Positions 9,067 to 18,516 of a stretch of DNA of 64,000 nucleotides are shown one piece after another (the stretch's first letter is position 1; every line of letters starts with the position of its first letter). The translations under genes and the position numbers were made by a program. The stretch is from positions 13,224 through 77,223 of the forward strand of contig CAZHIA010000008.1 of assembly GCA_964532425.1 (NCBI GenBank), written 5' to 3'. Below the pieces are notes generated by a model. The model saw only the letters and a list, made by a program, of their open reading frames with translations. It searched no databases and was not told where the DNA came from. The DNA comes from an uncultured Candidatus Saccharibacteria bacterium (GTDB lineage: Bacteria > Patescibacteriota > Doudnabacteria > UBA920).

Positions 9067-9870
9067 ATGAACATAAGATCAATTCTCAAAAATTTCGGCC
9101 TGAATGAAAAAGAGATAGCCGTGTATCTCGCTCTCGTGGAACTCGGTCCTTCACCGGTACGTACGGTGAGCGCAAAGACCGGTGTGAACCGGGGAACATC
9201 GTACGATATCTTGAAATCCCTCATTGAGCAGGGGATCGTCGCATATTACAACAAACAGACCAAGCAATACTTTGCTGCGGAATCTCCGGAAAAGCTTCTC
9301 AGTGCCCTGGAGGCTAAAGAGCAGCAGCTTGAGGAGGTCAAACAGCAGATCAAGGACAGCATGCCGGAGCTAAAGGGGCTGTTCGAAAAAGAAGGCGGCC
9401 GTCCTATAGTGAAACTGTACGAGGGTGGAACGGGGATCCGGTTCATCTTAGAAGATGTCTTACAAACGATGAAACGCGCCAGTCAAAAACTCTATTACGT
9501 TTATTCCTCAGCAGATATTAAGACTCATTTATACCGCAGTTATAAGGATTTTAACCGGGACCGTCTGAAAGCCAAGGTGAGCAACCGCGTCATAGCTTTT
9601 GGCAAGGGTGGGGAACTGGTCGGTCTTGATGAGCGCAAGTGGATGCCCGCCGAAAGTCCTGAAGGATATTCAGGCGGGTCCGCCACAATAGCCAGTAGGC
9701 CTTTGGGCGGAAATCTTGATACAAGTCCCGCTTACATTCTCATTTATGACGGTAAAGTGGCGATGATCTCGTTGACCGCGGCCCATGACCCCGTCGGTGT
9801 GATTATCGAAGACCAGGCATTATACCAGACCCAGCGAATGATCTTTGAATTTAACTGGAGCAAGTTATAA
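9067..9870 (+). CDS. TrmB family transcriptional regulator (CPR-type), with an in-frame hairpin insertion
   Basis: FGLNEKEIAVYLALVELG...VNRGTSYDILKSL; VKLYEG; IYDGKVAMIS; start at MNIRSIL because the upstream ORF extension is repeat-derived. Confidence 0.9.
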   Translation: MNIRSILKNFGLNEKEIAVYLALVELGPSPVRTVSAKTGVNRGTSYDILKSLIEQGIVAYYNKQTKQYFAAESPEKLLSALEAKEQQLEEVKQQIKDSMPELKGLFEKEGGRPIVKLYEGGTGIRFILEDVLQTMKRASQKLYYVYSSADIKTHLYRSYKDFNRDRLKAKVSNRVIAFGKGGELVGLDERKWMPAESPEGYSGGSATIASRPLGGNLDTSPAYILIYDGKVAMISLTAAHDPVGVIIEDQALYQTQRMIFEFNWSKL

Positions 9871-9909
9871 TTATGGTTTTGTGCGAAGTTATAAACTGAA
9901 CACGGAGGA

Positions 9910-10971
9910 ATGATGACTGAAACGTTAACGCGTATCGTAACCATCGGCGGCGGTGGAGGCCATGCCCAAATTCTCAAGGGATTAGGAGAGGATGAAGGAT
10001 TGCAAATTACGGCAATCACTACAGCCAGTGATGGCGGTGGCGACACGGACACCATAGCGAGGGAATTCAAGAGTTACGGGGTCAACGGGTCGCTTGGTGA
10101 TGTCGGCAAGTGCTTGTGCGCCCTTTCGCCTGATCGGCAGCTCGCGGAAGAGCTTCTTTACCGGTTCCCCTGTGGCAGCCGGAAAGGGCAGTCGTTGAAG
10201 AACAGCCTATTTTTGGCACTGATCTGCAAATACGGACCCGAGCGAGCGCTTGATCGCATGCACCGACTGCTTTCCATCCATCCTCGCCATCAGGTTTTGC
10301 CGGTAAGTTTCGAGCGAACCAACCTTATGGTAAGGCTGAAAAGCGGTCAGATCCTGTCTGGCGAGGGGTATATCGATACGCTCTCACAGAACAAACTCTG
10401 GAAAGCTGAACATCACCAGATTGTTGATGTCTGGCTGAAACCTAAGATTCCGGCGCAACCCGCGGCAATCAGGGCAATCGAACAAGCTGACTTTATCATT
10501 CTGGGCGTAGGTGACTTGTACACGAGTGTCATACCGGCACTCTTGCCGGACGGCTTAGCTCAGGCGATCAAGCATTCGTCCGCCCCGGTCATTGCACTCA
10601 TCAACCTTATGACTAAGATAGGAGAAACGGACGGGTATGCGGCGAGCGATTTTGTGCAGGAGATGACCCGCCGGATTGGGGACCGTTACCCGGATTTTAT
10701 TGTGTGTAATGCCAGCCCTATTCCCAAAAACCTCTTGAGGCGGTATCATCGAAAGGAGCACAAAGTAGCCGTGGTCGCAGATACTCTCGGGGATATCGGC
10801 AACCAGTCGGTCCTCGTACGGGCAGATCTGTGGACTTCCAACGAGCAAGGCCACATTATCCATGACCCGGTAAAGACTGCGGCTGCCCTGAAAGAGATCA
10901 TGGCAGGGGAGATGGCAGGAGTGAGCTCAGCGCGTTCAACGTATAAAGTGCTGCAGGCGCGCGCAAGTTAG
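9910..10971 (+). CDS. YvcK/GlmR (CofD-like) gluconeogenesis factor
   Basis: IVTIGGGGG, SDGGG, ADFIILGVGDLYTSVIPALL, NLMTKIGETDG, HDP. Confidence 0.85.
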   Translation: MMTETLTRIVTIGGGGGHAQILKGLGEDEGLQITAITTASDGGGDTDTIAREFKSYGVNGSLGDVGKCLCALSPDRQLAEELLYRFPCGSRKGQSLKNSLFLALICKYGPERALDRMHRLLSIHPRHQVLPVSFERTNLMVRLKSGQILSGEGYIDTLSQNKLWKAEHHQIVDVWLKPKIPAQPAAIRAIEQADFIILGVGDLYTSVIPALLPDGLAQAIKHSSAPVIALINLMTKIGETDGYAASDFVQEMTRRIGDRYPDFIVCNASPIPKNLLRRYHRKEHKVAVVADTLGDIGNQSVLVRADLWTSNEQGHIIHDPVKTAAALKEIMAGEMAGVSSARSTYKVLQARAS

Positions 10972-11048
10972 TCTTGCACCCGCCATACCGCTACCGACCG
11001 GCGACACGCAGTACTGTCGTCGGTTTCCCAAAATTATTTTAATATATC

Positions 11049-11789
11049 ATGAGAAGCCAGATCATTATCTTAGCTGCCGGCAAAGGAACGAGAATGAACA
11101 ATGCTGACGTTCCCAAGGTCCTGGTCATGCTCAAACAAAAACCGTTGATCCTTCACCTACTCCATGAGCTGGAAAAGATCAATCAGCTGGCGAAGCCTAT
11201 TGTGGTCGTCGGGTACCAGCACACGCTTGTCCGCGGAGTGCTCGGTGACTCGTATGAATATGCCTACCAGGAACAGCAGCTCGGAACTGCCCATGCGGTC
11301 ACATGCGCGGACAGTAAGATACGCGCGCAAAATGTTTTAGTCTTGTACGGCGATATGCCGTTTATTCGGGCAGAGAGCCTGAAAGAGCTTATCCGATATC
11401 ACCACGGGTACCGGGAGGTTCTCACGATGTTCACTTCCACGGTTCCGAGTTTTGATGAATTTCCCTCATTACTCCGTTTTGGTAGGATCATCCGGAATGT
11501 TTCGGGCCAGGTAGTAAAGATCACCGAATACAAGGATGCTACGCCTGAAGAGCAGGCGATCAGGGAGGTTAATCCGGGTATTTATATGTTCAATACCGAC
11601 TGGCTTCGGGCAAATATCGGCAAGGTCGGACGCCTGAATGTCCAGGGGGAATTTTATCTCACTGACATGGTCGAAGTGGCTATTCGCGATGGCCACCGTG
11701 TCCGCACCTTGCCGGTTCCCCCCGCGCAGGTGCTCGGAGTCAACAGTCCCGAAGAGCTGCAGTTTGCCGAACGGGTGAGCGTCGGATAA
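11049..11789 (+). CDS. GlmU-like uridylyltransferase (N-terminal domain only)
   Basis: IILAAGKGTRM, PKVL, QLGTAHA, LYGDMP, GEFYLTD, GVNS; no left-handed beta-helix domain. Confidence 0.85.
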   Translation: MRSQIIILAAGKGTRMNNADVPKVLVMLKQKPLILHLLHELEKINQLAKPIVVVGYQHTLVRGVLGDSYEYAYQEQQLGTAHAVTCADSKIRAQNVLVLYGDMPFIRAESLKELIRYHHGYREVLTMFTSTVPSFDEFPSLLRFGRIIRNVSGQVVKITEYKDATPEEQAIREVNPGIYMFNTDWLRANIGKVGRLNVQGEFYLTDMVEVAIRDGHRVRTLPVPPAQVLGVNSPEELQFAERVSVG

Positions 11790-11882
11790 AGGAAGAGCGG
11801 AAAGGAAAACAGCGGAGCTGTCCGGATTTTGGAAAATTCAAAATCAGGCGGACATATCCGCTGTAGTACAAGGGGAAGACTG

Positions 11883-12314
11883 CTACCGGTAGAGCCGTTC
11901 CTTGATCCAAGGCTCGCTGCCTTTGATATTGTAGAGAACAAGGTCCGGGCTGACCCTGCTCATCCGGTGGAATACCCCGGGAGGAAGCACGATGGCTTGC
12001 GGAGCATGAAGATAGTATGTGGTGCCGTCTTCTAATTCTAACTCCATTTCTCCACGCAAGACAGTGTATACTTCCGGCGTATTGGGTCCATGGTGGTGGT
12101 AGTGTTGTTCTACACAGACCGTTGAATGCTCGCTGGTTGCGTAGTGGACCTGGAGATGGTTAAAGCGATAGCCGTCCTCTCCAGGATCTGGACCGATAAG
12201 GATGCAAAGAGGTTTTGCTCCCAGCGTGTGAACTTGGCATCCGGAAGCATCGCCTTGTGGCTCATGTACAGCAATATCTGCAAGGTCTAAGGCTCCCATA
12301 GCGTCTGGTCCCAT
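11883..12314 (-). CDS. Cupin domain protein
   Basis: HYH...EVYTVLRGEM...LPPGVFH; SD AGGAGG. Confidence 0.75.
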   Translation of the reverse strand: MGPDAMGALDLADIAVHEPQGDASGCQVHTLGAKPLCILIGPDPGEDGYRFNHLQVHYATSEHSTVCVEQHYHHHGPNTPEVYTVLRGEMELELEDGTTYYLHAPQAIVLPPGVFHRMSRVSPDLVLYNIKGSEPWIKERLYR

Positions 12315-12401
12315 AATAAATCTCCTCCTGTATTTCCGAATGCAGTATAGGACGAACGTTCAAATAACCTCTTATGGCATTTGCTGTTTCAGTAGGCAGT
12401 C

Positions 12402-13205
12402 TTATTGTTCGAAGATCTGGAAATCATTTCCTATAATTATTTCTCCGCCATAACCGGCTTTTTTTATTTCTGCGATAATGGTTTCGTCAGAATCCAATCC
12501 GGTATAGTGAAACAGAATGGCTTTTTTTACGTCAGCAGCGGCACAAATAGCACCCACATCGTGCGGACTCAAATGTCCGTAGTCGCGGGCAGCTCGTTGG
12601 TCGCCGACCCTGGCCGACGCCTCGCAGACGAACCAGTCCGCGCCTTTGGCAATCTCTCGAATGCCGGGGCATTCGCCGGTATCGCCAGAATACACAAATA
12701 TCCCATCTGGAGTTTCCAGACGGAAACCAATGGCATCCATCTTGCCCCACTCGTGGTACATACTGGCAGCGCTCAACCGGGCTGTACCGATACTAATTTT
12801 ATTTGAAGACGGCAAGGGAACGAAATTGAGCTTGGTTTTGAGTTTTTCTAAAGGAAAATTCGGCGATTGCATGTTCCATCGGGCCTGGTAGGTTTCCACA
12901 ATATGTCGGGGACAGTATATGGTAACTTCCGGCAAGGCAAAATGTTCTCCGCCCCAGTTCCATCGGTTGGCCATGCTTTGGTGGTACTGTACCAATGCGT
13001 CATGATCGGGATTGGCGTGGCTAATGGCAATATGGCGGATTTTCGATGGGTCAAATCCCGCTTCCTCGAGTCGCCAGCGGACTCCCTCACTGCATTCAAA
13101 AAGCATGATCTGGTCTTCCCACTCTACAACGAATGCGGGCGGTTTGCGGTTAGAAATATTCGGAATAGTCGAGCAGGTGCCGGAGCCTAAGATGGTCAGT
13201 TTCAT
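12402..13205 (-). CDS. MBL-fold metallo-hydrolase (RNase Z-like)
   Basis: MKLTILGSGT, SHANPDH (variant of HxHxDH), YSGDT, CEAS, GHLS, LFHY. Confidence 0.85.
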   Translation of the reverse strand: MKLTILGSGTCSTIPNISNRKPPAFVVEWEDQIMLFECSEGVRWRLEEAGFDPSKIRHIAISHANPDHDALVQYHQSMANRWNWGGEHFALPEVTIYCPRHIVETYQARWNMQSPNFPLEKLKTKLNFVPLPSSNKISIGTARLSAASMYHEWGKMDAIGFRLETPDGIFVYSGDTGECPGIREIAKGADWFVCEASARVGDQRAARDYGHLSPHDVGAICAAADVKKAILFHYTGLDSDETIIAEIKKAGYGGEIIIGNDFQIFEQ

Positions 13206-13247
13206 GATTTTACGATAGTATTATGATGATTGTAATAACGTATATCT

Positions 13248-14573
13248 ATGCGTATTATTGCTGATTTGCACATTCATTCCAAATATAGCAGGGCTTGCTC
13301 GCAGGATCTGACTCCTGAAAACATTGCGGTTTGGGCAGCTAAAAAGGGTATTGGCCTGATGGGTACCGGGGATTTTACCCATCCGGCCTGGCTCGATATT
13401 TTAAAAAGCGGTTTAGAGGAGACTAAACCCGGGTTGTATCAGTTGCGAAAAATTGTGACAGATGCCAGGCCGTCCTCCGTAGTTTTAGCGAAGGAGGGCC
13501 ATATTCAAACCTTCTTTATGCTTACCGTCGAAGTATCTTCGATATACAAGTTCGGTGACAAGGTTCGTCGCGTGCACAATTTGATTTTTGCTCCTAATTT
13601 CGAGGCGGTGGATCGTATTGTAGCCGGTCTCGAACAAGCTGGAGCAAATTTAAAAGCCGACGGCCGGCCTATAATGGGCGTGCATTGCGACGAATTGGTT
13701 AAGATCGTCAAAGAGGCGGACGAGCGGGCCGAGGTTATTCCGGCGCATGCCTGGACGCCGCACTTCGGGCTGTTCGGTTCTTTATCAGGCTTTGATTCGG
13801 TGGAAGAGGCATTCGGTGACCAGAGTAAATATATTTTTGCTATTGAAACGGGGCTGTCTTCGGATCCTAAAATGAATTGGCAGGTCTCCGGTCTCGACCG
13901 GTACACGCTCATTTCCAATTCAGACGCCCACAGTTTACGCAAAATAGGGAGGGAGGCGAATGTTTTTGAAGTTGATGCGGAAAAATTGTCTTATGGCGAG
14001 ATTATCCGCATTATTAAAGACAAGAACCCGTCAGAGTTTTTGCATACCATCGAGTTCTTCCCGGAGGAGGGTAAGTACCATTTGGATGGGCATGCAGACT
14101 GCAAGTTTTCCTGTTTGCCGGAAGAAACCAAAGCGCTCGGCGGTATTTGTCCGGTATGCGGCAAGAAACTGCTGGTAGGAGTTTTAAATCGAGTCGATCA
14201 ATTGGCTGACCGCACTTTTGGATTTGTGCCACCACATTCTGTGCCGTTTAGGAACGTGATCCCTTTGGAAGAGGTTATCGCTGAAACTCTGGAAGTTGGG
14301 GTAAGCAGCAAGAAGGTGTTGGCGATGTATGAGAAGATGACCTCAGCTCAAATTACAAATGACAAATTTCAAATTGCAAATGAGTTTCAAATTTTGCTTG
14401 ATTTAGCTGAAGAGGAAATTGTTACAATCTCCACCTCTGAAATCACCAAGTCCGTTATTCGTGTGCGGCAAGGCCAGGTGCACGTGGAGGGCGGGTATGA
14501 CGGAGTGTTTGGCAGGATTCACATTTACCCAGGCACCAAACCCTGGAAAAAAGTACAAAGTGCGTTATTCTAA
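13248..14573 (+). CDS. PHP-domain endonuclease Q family protein
   Basis: ADLHIHSKYSRACS, GTGDFTHP, PAHAWTP, ETGLSSD, SNSDAHS, GKYHLDGH, CPVCG, GYDGVFG. Confidence 0.9.
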   Translation: MRIIADLHIHSKYSRACSQDLTPENIAVWAAKKGIGLMGTGDFTHPAWLDILKSGLEETKPGLYQLRKIVTDARPSSVVLAKEGHIQTFFMLTVEVSSIYKFGDKVRRVHNLIFAPNFEAVDRIVAGLEQAGANLKADGRPIMGVHCDELVKIVKEADERAEVIPAHAWTPHFGLFGSLSGFDSVEEAFGDQSKYIFAIETGLSSDPKMNWQVSGLDRYTLISNSDAHSLRKIGREANVFEVDAEKLSYGEIIRIIKDKNPSEFLHTIEFFPEEGKYHLDGHADCKFSCLPEETKALGGICPVCGKKLLVGVLNRVDQLADRTFGFVPPHSVPFRNVIPLEEVIAETLEVGVSSKKVLAMYEKMTSAQITNDKFQIANEFQILLDLAEEEIVTISTSEITKSVIRVRQGQVHVEGGYDGVFGRIHIYPGTKPWKKVQSALF

Positions 14574-14679
14574 GAAAGTGTACGGAGCCGATCATTATTA
14601 AATATTGTAATTTGGTGCCTGGGTTTATGATGAGACTGAACGGGATCAGTTATTTCATAAACCGAAGCAAATGGGGTTA

Positions 14680-14816
14680 TTCTAAAAAGCACCAAGTTCC
14701 AAATAACAAATTTCAAATAAATTCCAATACCCAAATTTCTAATAATTGAACTATTCATGTTTGAAATTTTGGATGTGTTGTTTGTTTGTTATTTGATGCT
14801 TGTGATTTGGAATTTT
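14680..14816. repeat. Degenerate heptamer repeat array, inverted arms
   Basis: (CAAAT[AT][AT])n then (ATTTG..)n, with no ORF between the arms. Confidence 0.65.
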
Positions 14817-14856
14817 AACATATAAAATGCTTGGGAGTTTATAATAAGGAGATGTC

Positions 14857-16377
14857 ATGATGACTTATAACCAGGTTGTTCTTATTATTCTCGATGGCTG
14901 GGGGCATCGCGAGGATTCAAAACATAATGCTATCGCAGAGGCGAGGACGCCTTTTTTTGACTCGTTGATTGAGAAATATCCGCATAGCCTGCTTGATGCC
15001 AGTAGTTCAAGTGTCGGTCTGCCCGAAGGGCAGATTGGCAACAGTGAAGTCGGCCACATGACTATAGGCGCCGGTAAGGTGATCGACACGGATCTGGTCC
15101 GCATTAATAAGGCGGTGACGTCCGGCGAGTTTGAGACGAACCCTGCTTTCGTGCAGCTGTTTGACCATGTTAAGAAAAATAATTCCGTTTTACACGTCTT
15201 AGGCTTGGTCAGCCCCGGGGGAGTGCACAGCCATCAGGACCATTTGCATGCGTTCCTGCGTGCGGCTAAGAAGGCCGGTATATCGCAGGTGGTGATCCAT
15301 GCCTTTACCGACGGACGCGATGTGCCGCCCCAGAGCGCCCATGAATATTTGCGGGAGTTGGAACGAGTGATTGCGGAAGTCGGGTTGGGGTTTATCGCCA
15401 CCGCAACCGGCCGTTTCTATGCCATGGACCGTGATAAAAATTGGGATCGGGTGGCCAAAGCCGAGGCGGCGATTTTCGAAGGGGAGGGAAAAGTCGCTGG
15501 TGCGCAGAAGCCTTCTGCTGCGCTGGAACTCCTGCACGGAAAAGGTATGCTGGATGAACATCTCGAGCCCGTGATATTTCTGGATGACACGGGTAAAAAC
15601 TATCAAGTCTCTCCACACGACGGTATGTTTTTCTTCAACTATCGGGCCGACCGGGCCCGGCAGATAAGCCAGCGGGTCATAGAAAGGACTCGCGATCAAG
15701 ATATCCTATTTGTTACTTTGACGGAGTATGAGGCGGGCATGAATTCGGTAGTTGCCTTCCCGCCGCAAAAGATCGAAACCACGCTTGCTGCTGAGGTTTC
15801 CAAAGCCGGCTTGTCCCAAGCACATATCGCGGAAACGGAAAAGTACGCGCATGCCACATATTTTCTCAATGGCGGCAGGGAAGAGAAGCATCCTGGAGAA
15901 GAACATATACTCATCGAGAGCAGGAAAGACGTTAAGACACACGACGAAGCGCCGGAAATGCGCGCCAGGGAGATCGCGGATGAGGCGATTCGCCAGATCG
16001 AAAAAGGCACGAACTTTATTTTTATCAACTTCGCCAATGCGGATATGGTCGGGCATACCGGGAAGAAGGATGCGATCGTGAAGGCAGTGGAAGAAGTCGA
16101 TCACCAATTGTCCCGTGTTATAGGGTCGAGCTTGAGCCGTCCGTCGTGTGCCGTATTTATCACTGCTGACCATGGTAATGCCGAAACTAATGTCGATCCG
16201 GCTACCGGAGTCATGCATACCGCCCACACTACCAATTTTGTTCCTGCTATCGCTACTGCGGATTATGGAAAACTCGTGAATGGGGGGTTGGCTGACGTGG
16301 CTCCCACCATACTCCACTTGCTCGGCCTGCCGCAACCGGAAGCAATGACTGGTAAGAATTTGTCCATAACGGAATAA
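14857..16377 (+). CDS. gpmI: 2,3-bisphosphoglycerate-independent phosphoglycerate mutase
   Basis: LIILDGWG, GNSEVGH, GRFYAMDRD, AETEKYAH, NADMVGHTG, TADHGN. Confidence 0.97.
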   Translation: MMTYNQVVLIILDGWGHREDSKHNAIAEARTPFFDSLIEKYPHSLLDASSSSVGLPEGQIGNSEVGHMTIGAGKVIDTDLVRINKAVTSGEFETNPAFVQLFDHVKKNNSVLHVLGLVSPGGVHSHQDHLHAFLRAAKKAGISQVVIHAFTDGRDVPPQSAHEYLRELERVIAEVGLGFIATATGRFYAMDRDKNWDRVAKAEAAIFEGEGKVAGAQKPSAALELLHGKGMLDEHLEPVIFLDDTGKNYQVSPHDGMFFFNYRADRARQISQRVIERTRDQDILFVTLTEYEAGMNSVVAFPPQKIETTLAAEVSKAGLSQAHIAETEKYAHATYFLNGGREEKHPGEEHILIESRKDVKTHDEAPEMRAREIADEAIRQIEKGTNFIFINFANADMVGHTGKKDAIVKAVEEVDHQLSRVIGSSLSRPSCAVFITADHGNAETNVDPATGVMHTAHTTNFVPAIATADYGKLVNGGLADVAPTILHLLGLPQPEAMTGKNLSITE

Positions 16378-16504
16378 TCAATTATGTCCTAAAGAGACTC
16401 TTTGGCTTCTTAATTGAAGAGTCTTTTTTGTATTAGACCGGATCTCTTTACAGAACATGCTCGTTGTGATATTATGGTTCGTTCACAAGGGGAAAGGAGG
16501 TACC

Positions 16505-16927
16505 ATGCCGCACAAGAAACCGATCGGGATCGCAGTACACGTGGCGGTTTTCCGGTCCGGAAAAATTCTGCTCGGAAAGAGAAAGGGACGGATCGGTGAC
16601 GGCACGTGGTGCCTTCCCGGAGGAAAGCTCGAGCCTGGCGAGCATCTCGCCGAAGGAGCATGCCGCGAATTGCTGCAGGAGACTGGCCTGCAGGCTAATG
16701 CTGCGGACCTCAGGCTCATCAATATAACCAATGGCCCGACCGATAGGGGTCATTATATCCACTTCACTTTTTTGGCGCCGGAAATACCGGGGGAGCCCGC
16801 GGTCACTGAGCCGGATGAGTTCGAGCAGTGGGAATGGTTCAGTCTTCATGCCCTTCCGGAGCCAGTTTTCTTCGGCCAAGTCAAACTGCTGGAAGCTTTG
16901 CGGGGCCAGGTGTTTCTGGCCGATTAG
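16505..16927 (+). CDS. NUDIX hydrolase
   Basis: WCLPGGKLEPGEHLAEGACRELLQETGL Nudix box; SD AAGGAGG before ATG 16505. Confidence 0.9.
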   Translation: MPHKKPIGIAVHVAVFRSGKILLGKRKGRIGDGTWCLPGGKLEPGEHLAEGACRELLQETGLQANAADLRLINITNGPTDRGHYIHFTFLAPEIPGEPAVTEPDEFEQWEWFSLHALPEPVFFGQVKLLEALRGQVFLAD

Positions 16928-17122
16928 CTTGCAGTGGCTACGGTTCGATTGTGTTCAAACGAAAAACAGTATTCACGTTATGTGAATACTGTTTTGATTT
17001 TGTTGGAGAGCTATGTGCTGGCAATTTGATATGCCCAACACAATGTATTTAAATGATTGCCATGAATAAGCAGCTTCTACTCTTTTAAATCTTGTTCAAC
17101 CATGTCAATCTTTTAAATCTAT

Positions 17123-18391
17123 TTATTTCCTATACCACACCAGAAAATCCGATACATTAGATTCCGTCGGACCGGTAAATACCAGTTCGTGTCCGAGTTT
17201 TTCGAAGAATGTGTACCCGTCGAACCGTTCCAGATACTCTTGGACCGCAATGTCCATGGTACGGGCGCGACTGATCGTTTCGGCGTCCAGAATTACTCCT
17301 GCGGAATCGGAATTATCCAGTCCGTCGGAAGCCATGCAAGCCAGCGTATCATTGGTGGTAACGTAATTGAACGCCTTCATTCCCGTATAGGAATTTCTGC
17401 CGCCTTTGCCGTCAGGTTTGTCCACGACAATTTTTATCTCGCTACCGGCGAGTACGACGGAGCCGGGTTCCAGGGCATCGAGCAGCTTCTTGAGGGTCCC
17501 GTCAGCGGTTTCAAACAGCTCTGCAGAAACGATGCGGGGTTTGAGGCCGAACCAGCTGGCGGTCTTGGCCATGGCATCCAACGCAATGACATTGGACACT
17601 ATGGGGATATTGTAGACTTTTTCGAAGTATTTCGGTTCTTTTGGCGTTTCAATAAGATCGTACTTTCCCAAGTCGTATCTTTCAATCACCGCTTTGGCAT
17701 CGGCAATGGTGGAACTATCAAGATAGGTCGGGCCGCTGTCGACAAAGTTGTAACTGTCACCGGCTACATCGGAAAAAATTAGGCTGATGACCGTTGCGGG
17801 GTAGAGCAGTTTGGCCAGACCGCCGCCTTTAACCGGGGAGAGGTGCTTGCGGACCGTGTTGAGGTCTTTAATATCTCCCTCAGCTTTGAGAAACGCGTTG
17901 TAGAGCCGAACGCCCTGGTTACATTCTTCCTGGTTCCAGCAGAGCAGGGCCGAACCGCCGCCTGAAATTAGATTGATGACCAGGTCTTTTTCGGAAATAT
18001 CCTTGACCATCTCCGCCATCTTTTCCGCCACTTCGACGTTCTGCAGAGAGGGGAGGGGGTGGGTTCCGACAAATGTTTGAATAGTCTTCGTCGGGGCTTG
18101 TTTGATGCTGATAACGATGCCGGCAGTGATTTTCTCTCCCAGGATCCTTTCCAGACTGACGGCTGCTTTTGCTGAAGCTTTGCCGAAGCCAAGAACCAGT
18201 ACGCGGTTGTACTGGTTCAAATCAAAATGGCGGTCCTGAATGAATAGGATATTTCCTTGCAGCCGCACTTGGGAGCGCATGACCTTCTCGGTACTGATGG
18301 CATCAAAGCCGGCGTTGACGATCTCCAGTACCTTTTGCCGTTCTTCGGTAATGGCAAGTTGGTTGTAATTTTGTATCCAGCGGTTGGACAT
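17123..18391 (-). CDS. Glycerate 2-kinase (MOFRL/DUF4147)
   Basis: GFGKAS, HPLPS, LISGGGSAL, VRKHLSPVKGGGLA, SDVAGD, GKGGRN, TGPTESNVSD. Confidence 0.9.
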   Translation of the reverse strand: MSNRWIQNYNQLAITEERQKVLEIVNAGFDAISTEKVMRSQVRLQGNILFIQDRHFDLNQYNRVLVLGFGKASAKAAVSLERILGEKITAGIVISIKQAPTKTIQTFVGTHPLPSLQNVEVAEKMAEMVKDISEKDLVINLISGGGSALLCWNQEECNQGVRLYNAFLKAEGDIKDLNTVRKHLSPVKGGGLAKLLYPATVISLIFSDVAGDSYNFVDSGPTYLDSSTIADAKAVIERYDLGKYDLIETPKEPKYFEKVYNIPIVSNVIALDAMAKTASWFGLKPRIVSAELFETADGTLKKLLDALEPGSVVLAGSEIKIVVDKPDGKGGRNSYTGMKAFNYVTTNDTLACMASDGLDNSDSAGVILDAETISRARTMDIAVQEYLERFDGYTFFEKLGHELVFTGPTESNVSDFLVWYRK

Positions 18392-18404
18392 TTTGTTTTC
18401 TTTC

Positions 18405-18506
18405 GGCGTCATTCCGAGGGAGTGCTTCCGACCGAGGAATCCCTTATACTTTATTGTTTAAGAGATCCTTCGCCCTTCAGATGCATTCAGGACTCAGGAT
18501 GACGCC
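18405..18506. repeat. REP-like palindromic element with terminal inverted repeats
   Basis: GGCGTCATTCCGAG...GAGGAATCCC...GAGATCCTTCG...CTCAGGATGACGCC; related copy at 35421-35465. Confidence 0.7.
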
Positions 18507-18516
18507 TTTATAGACG

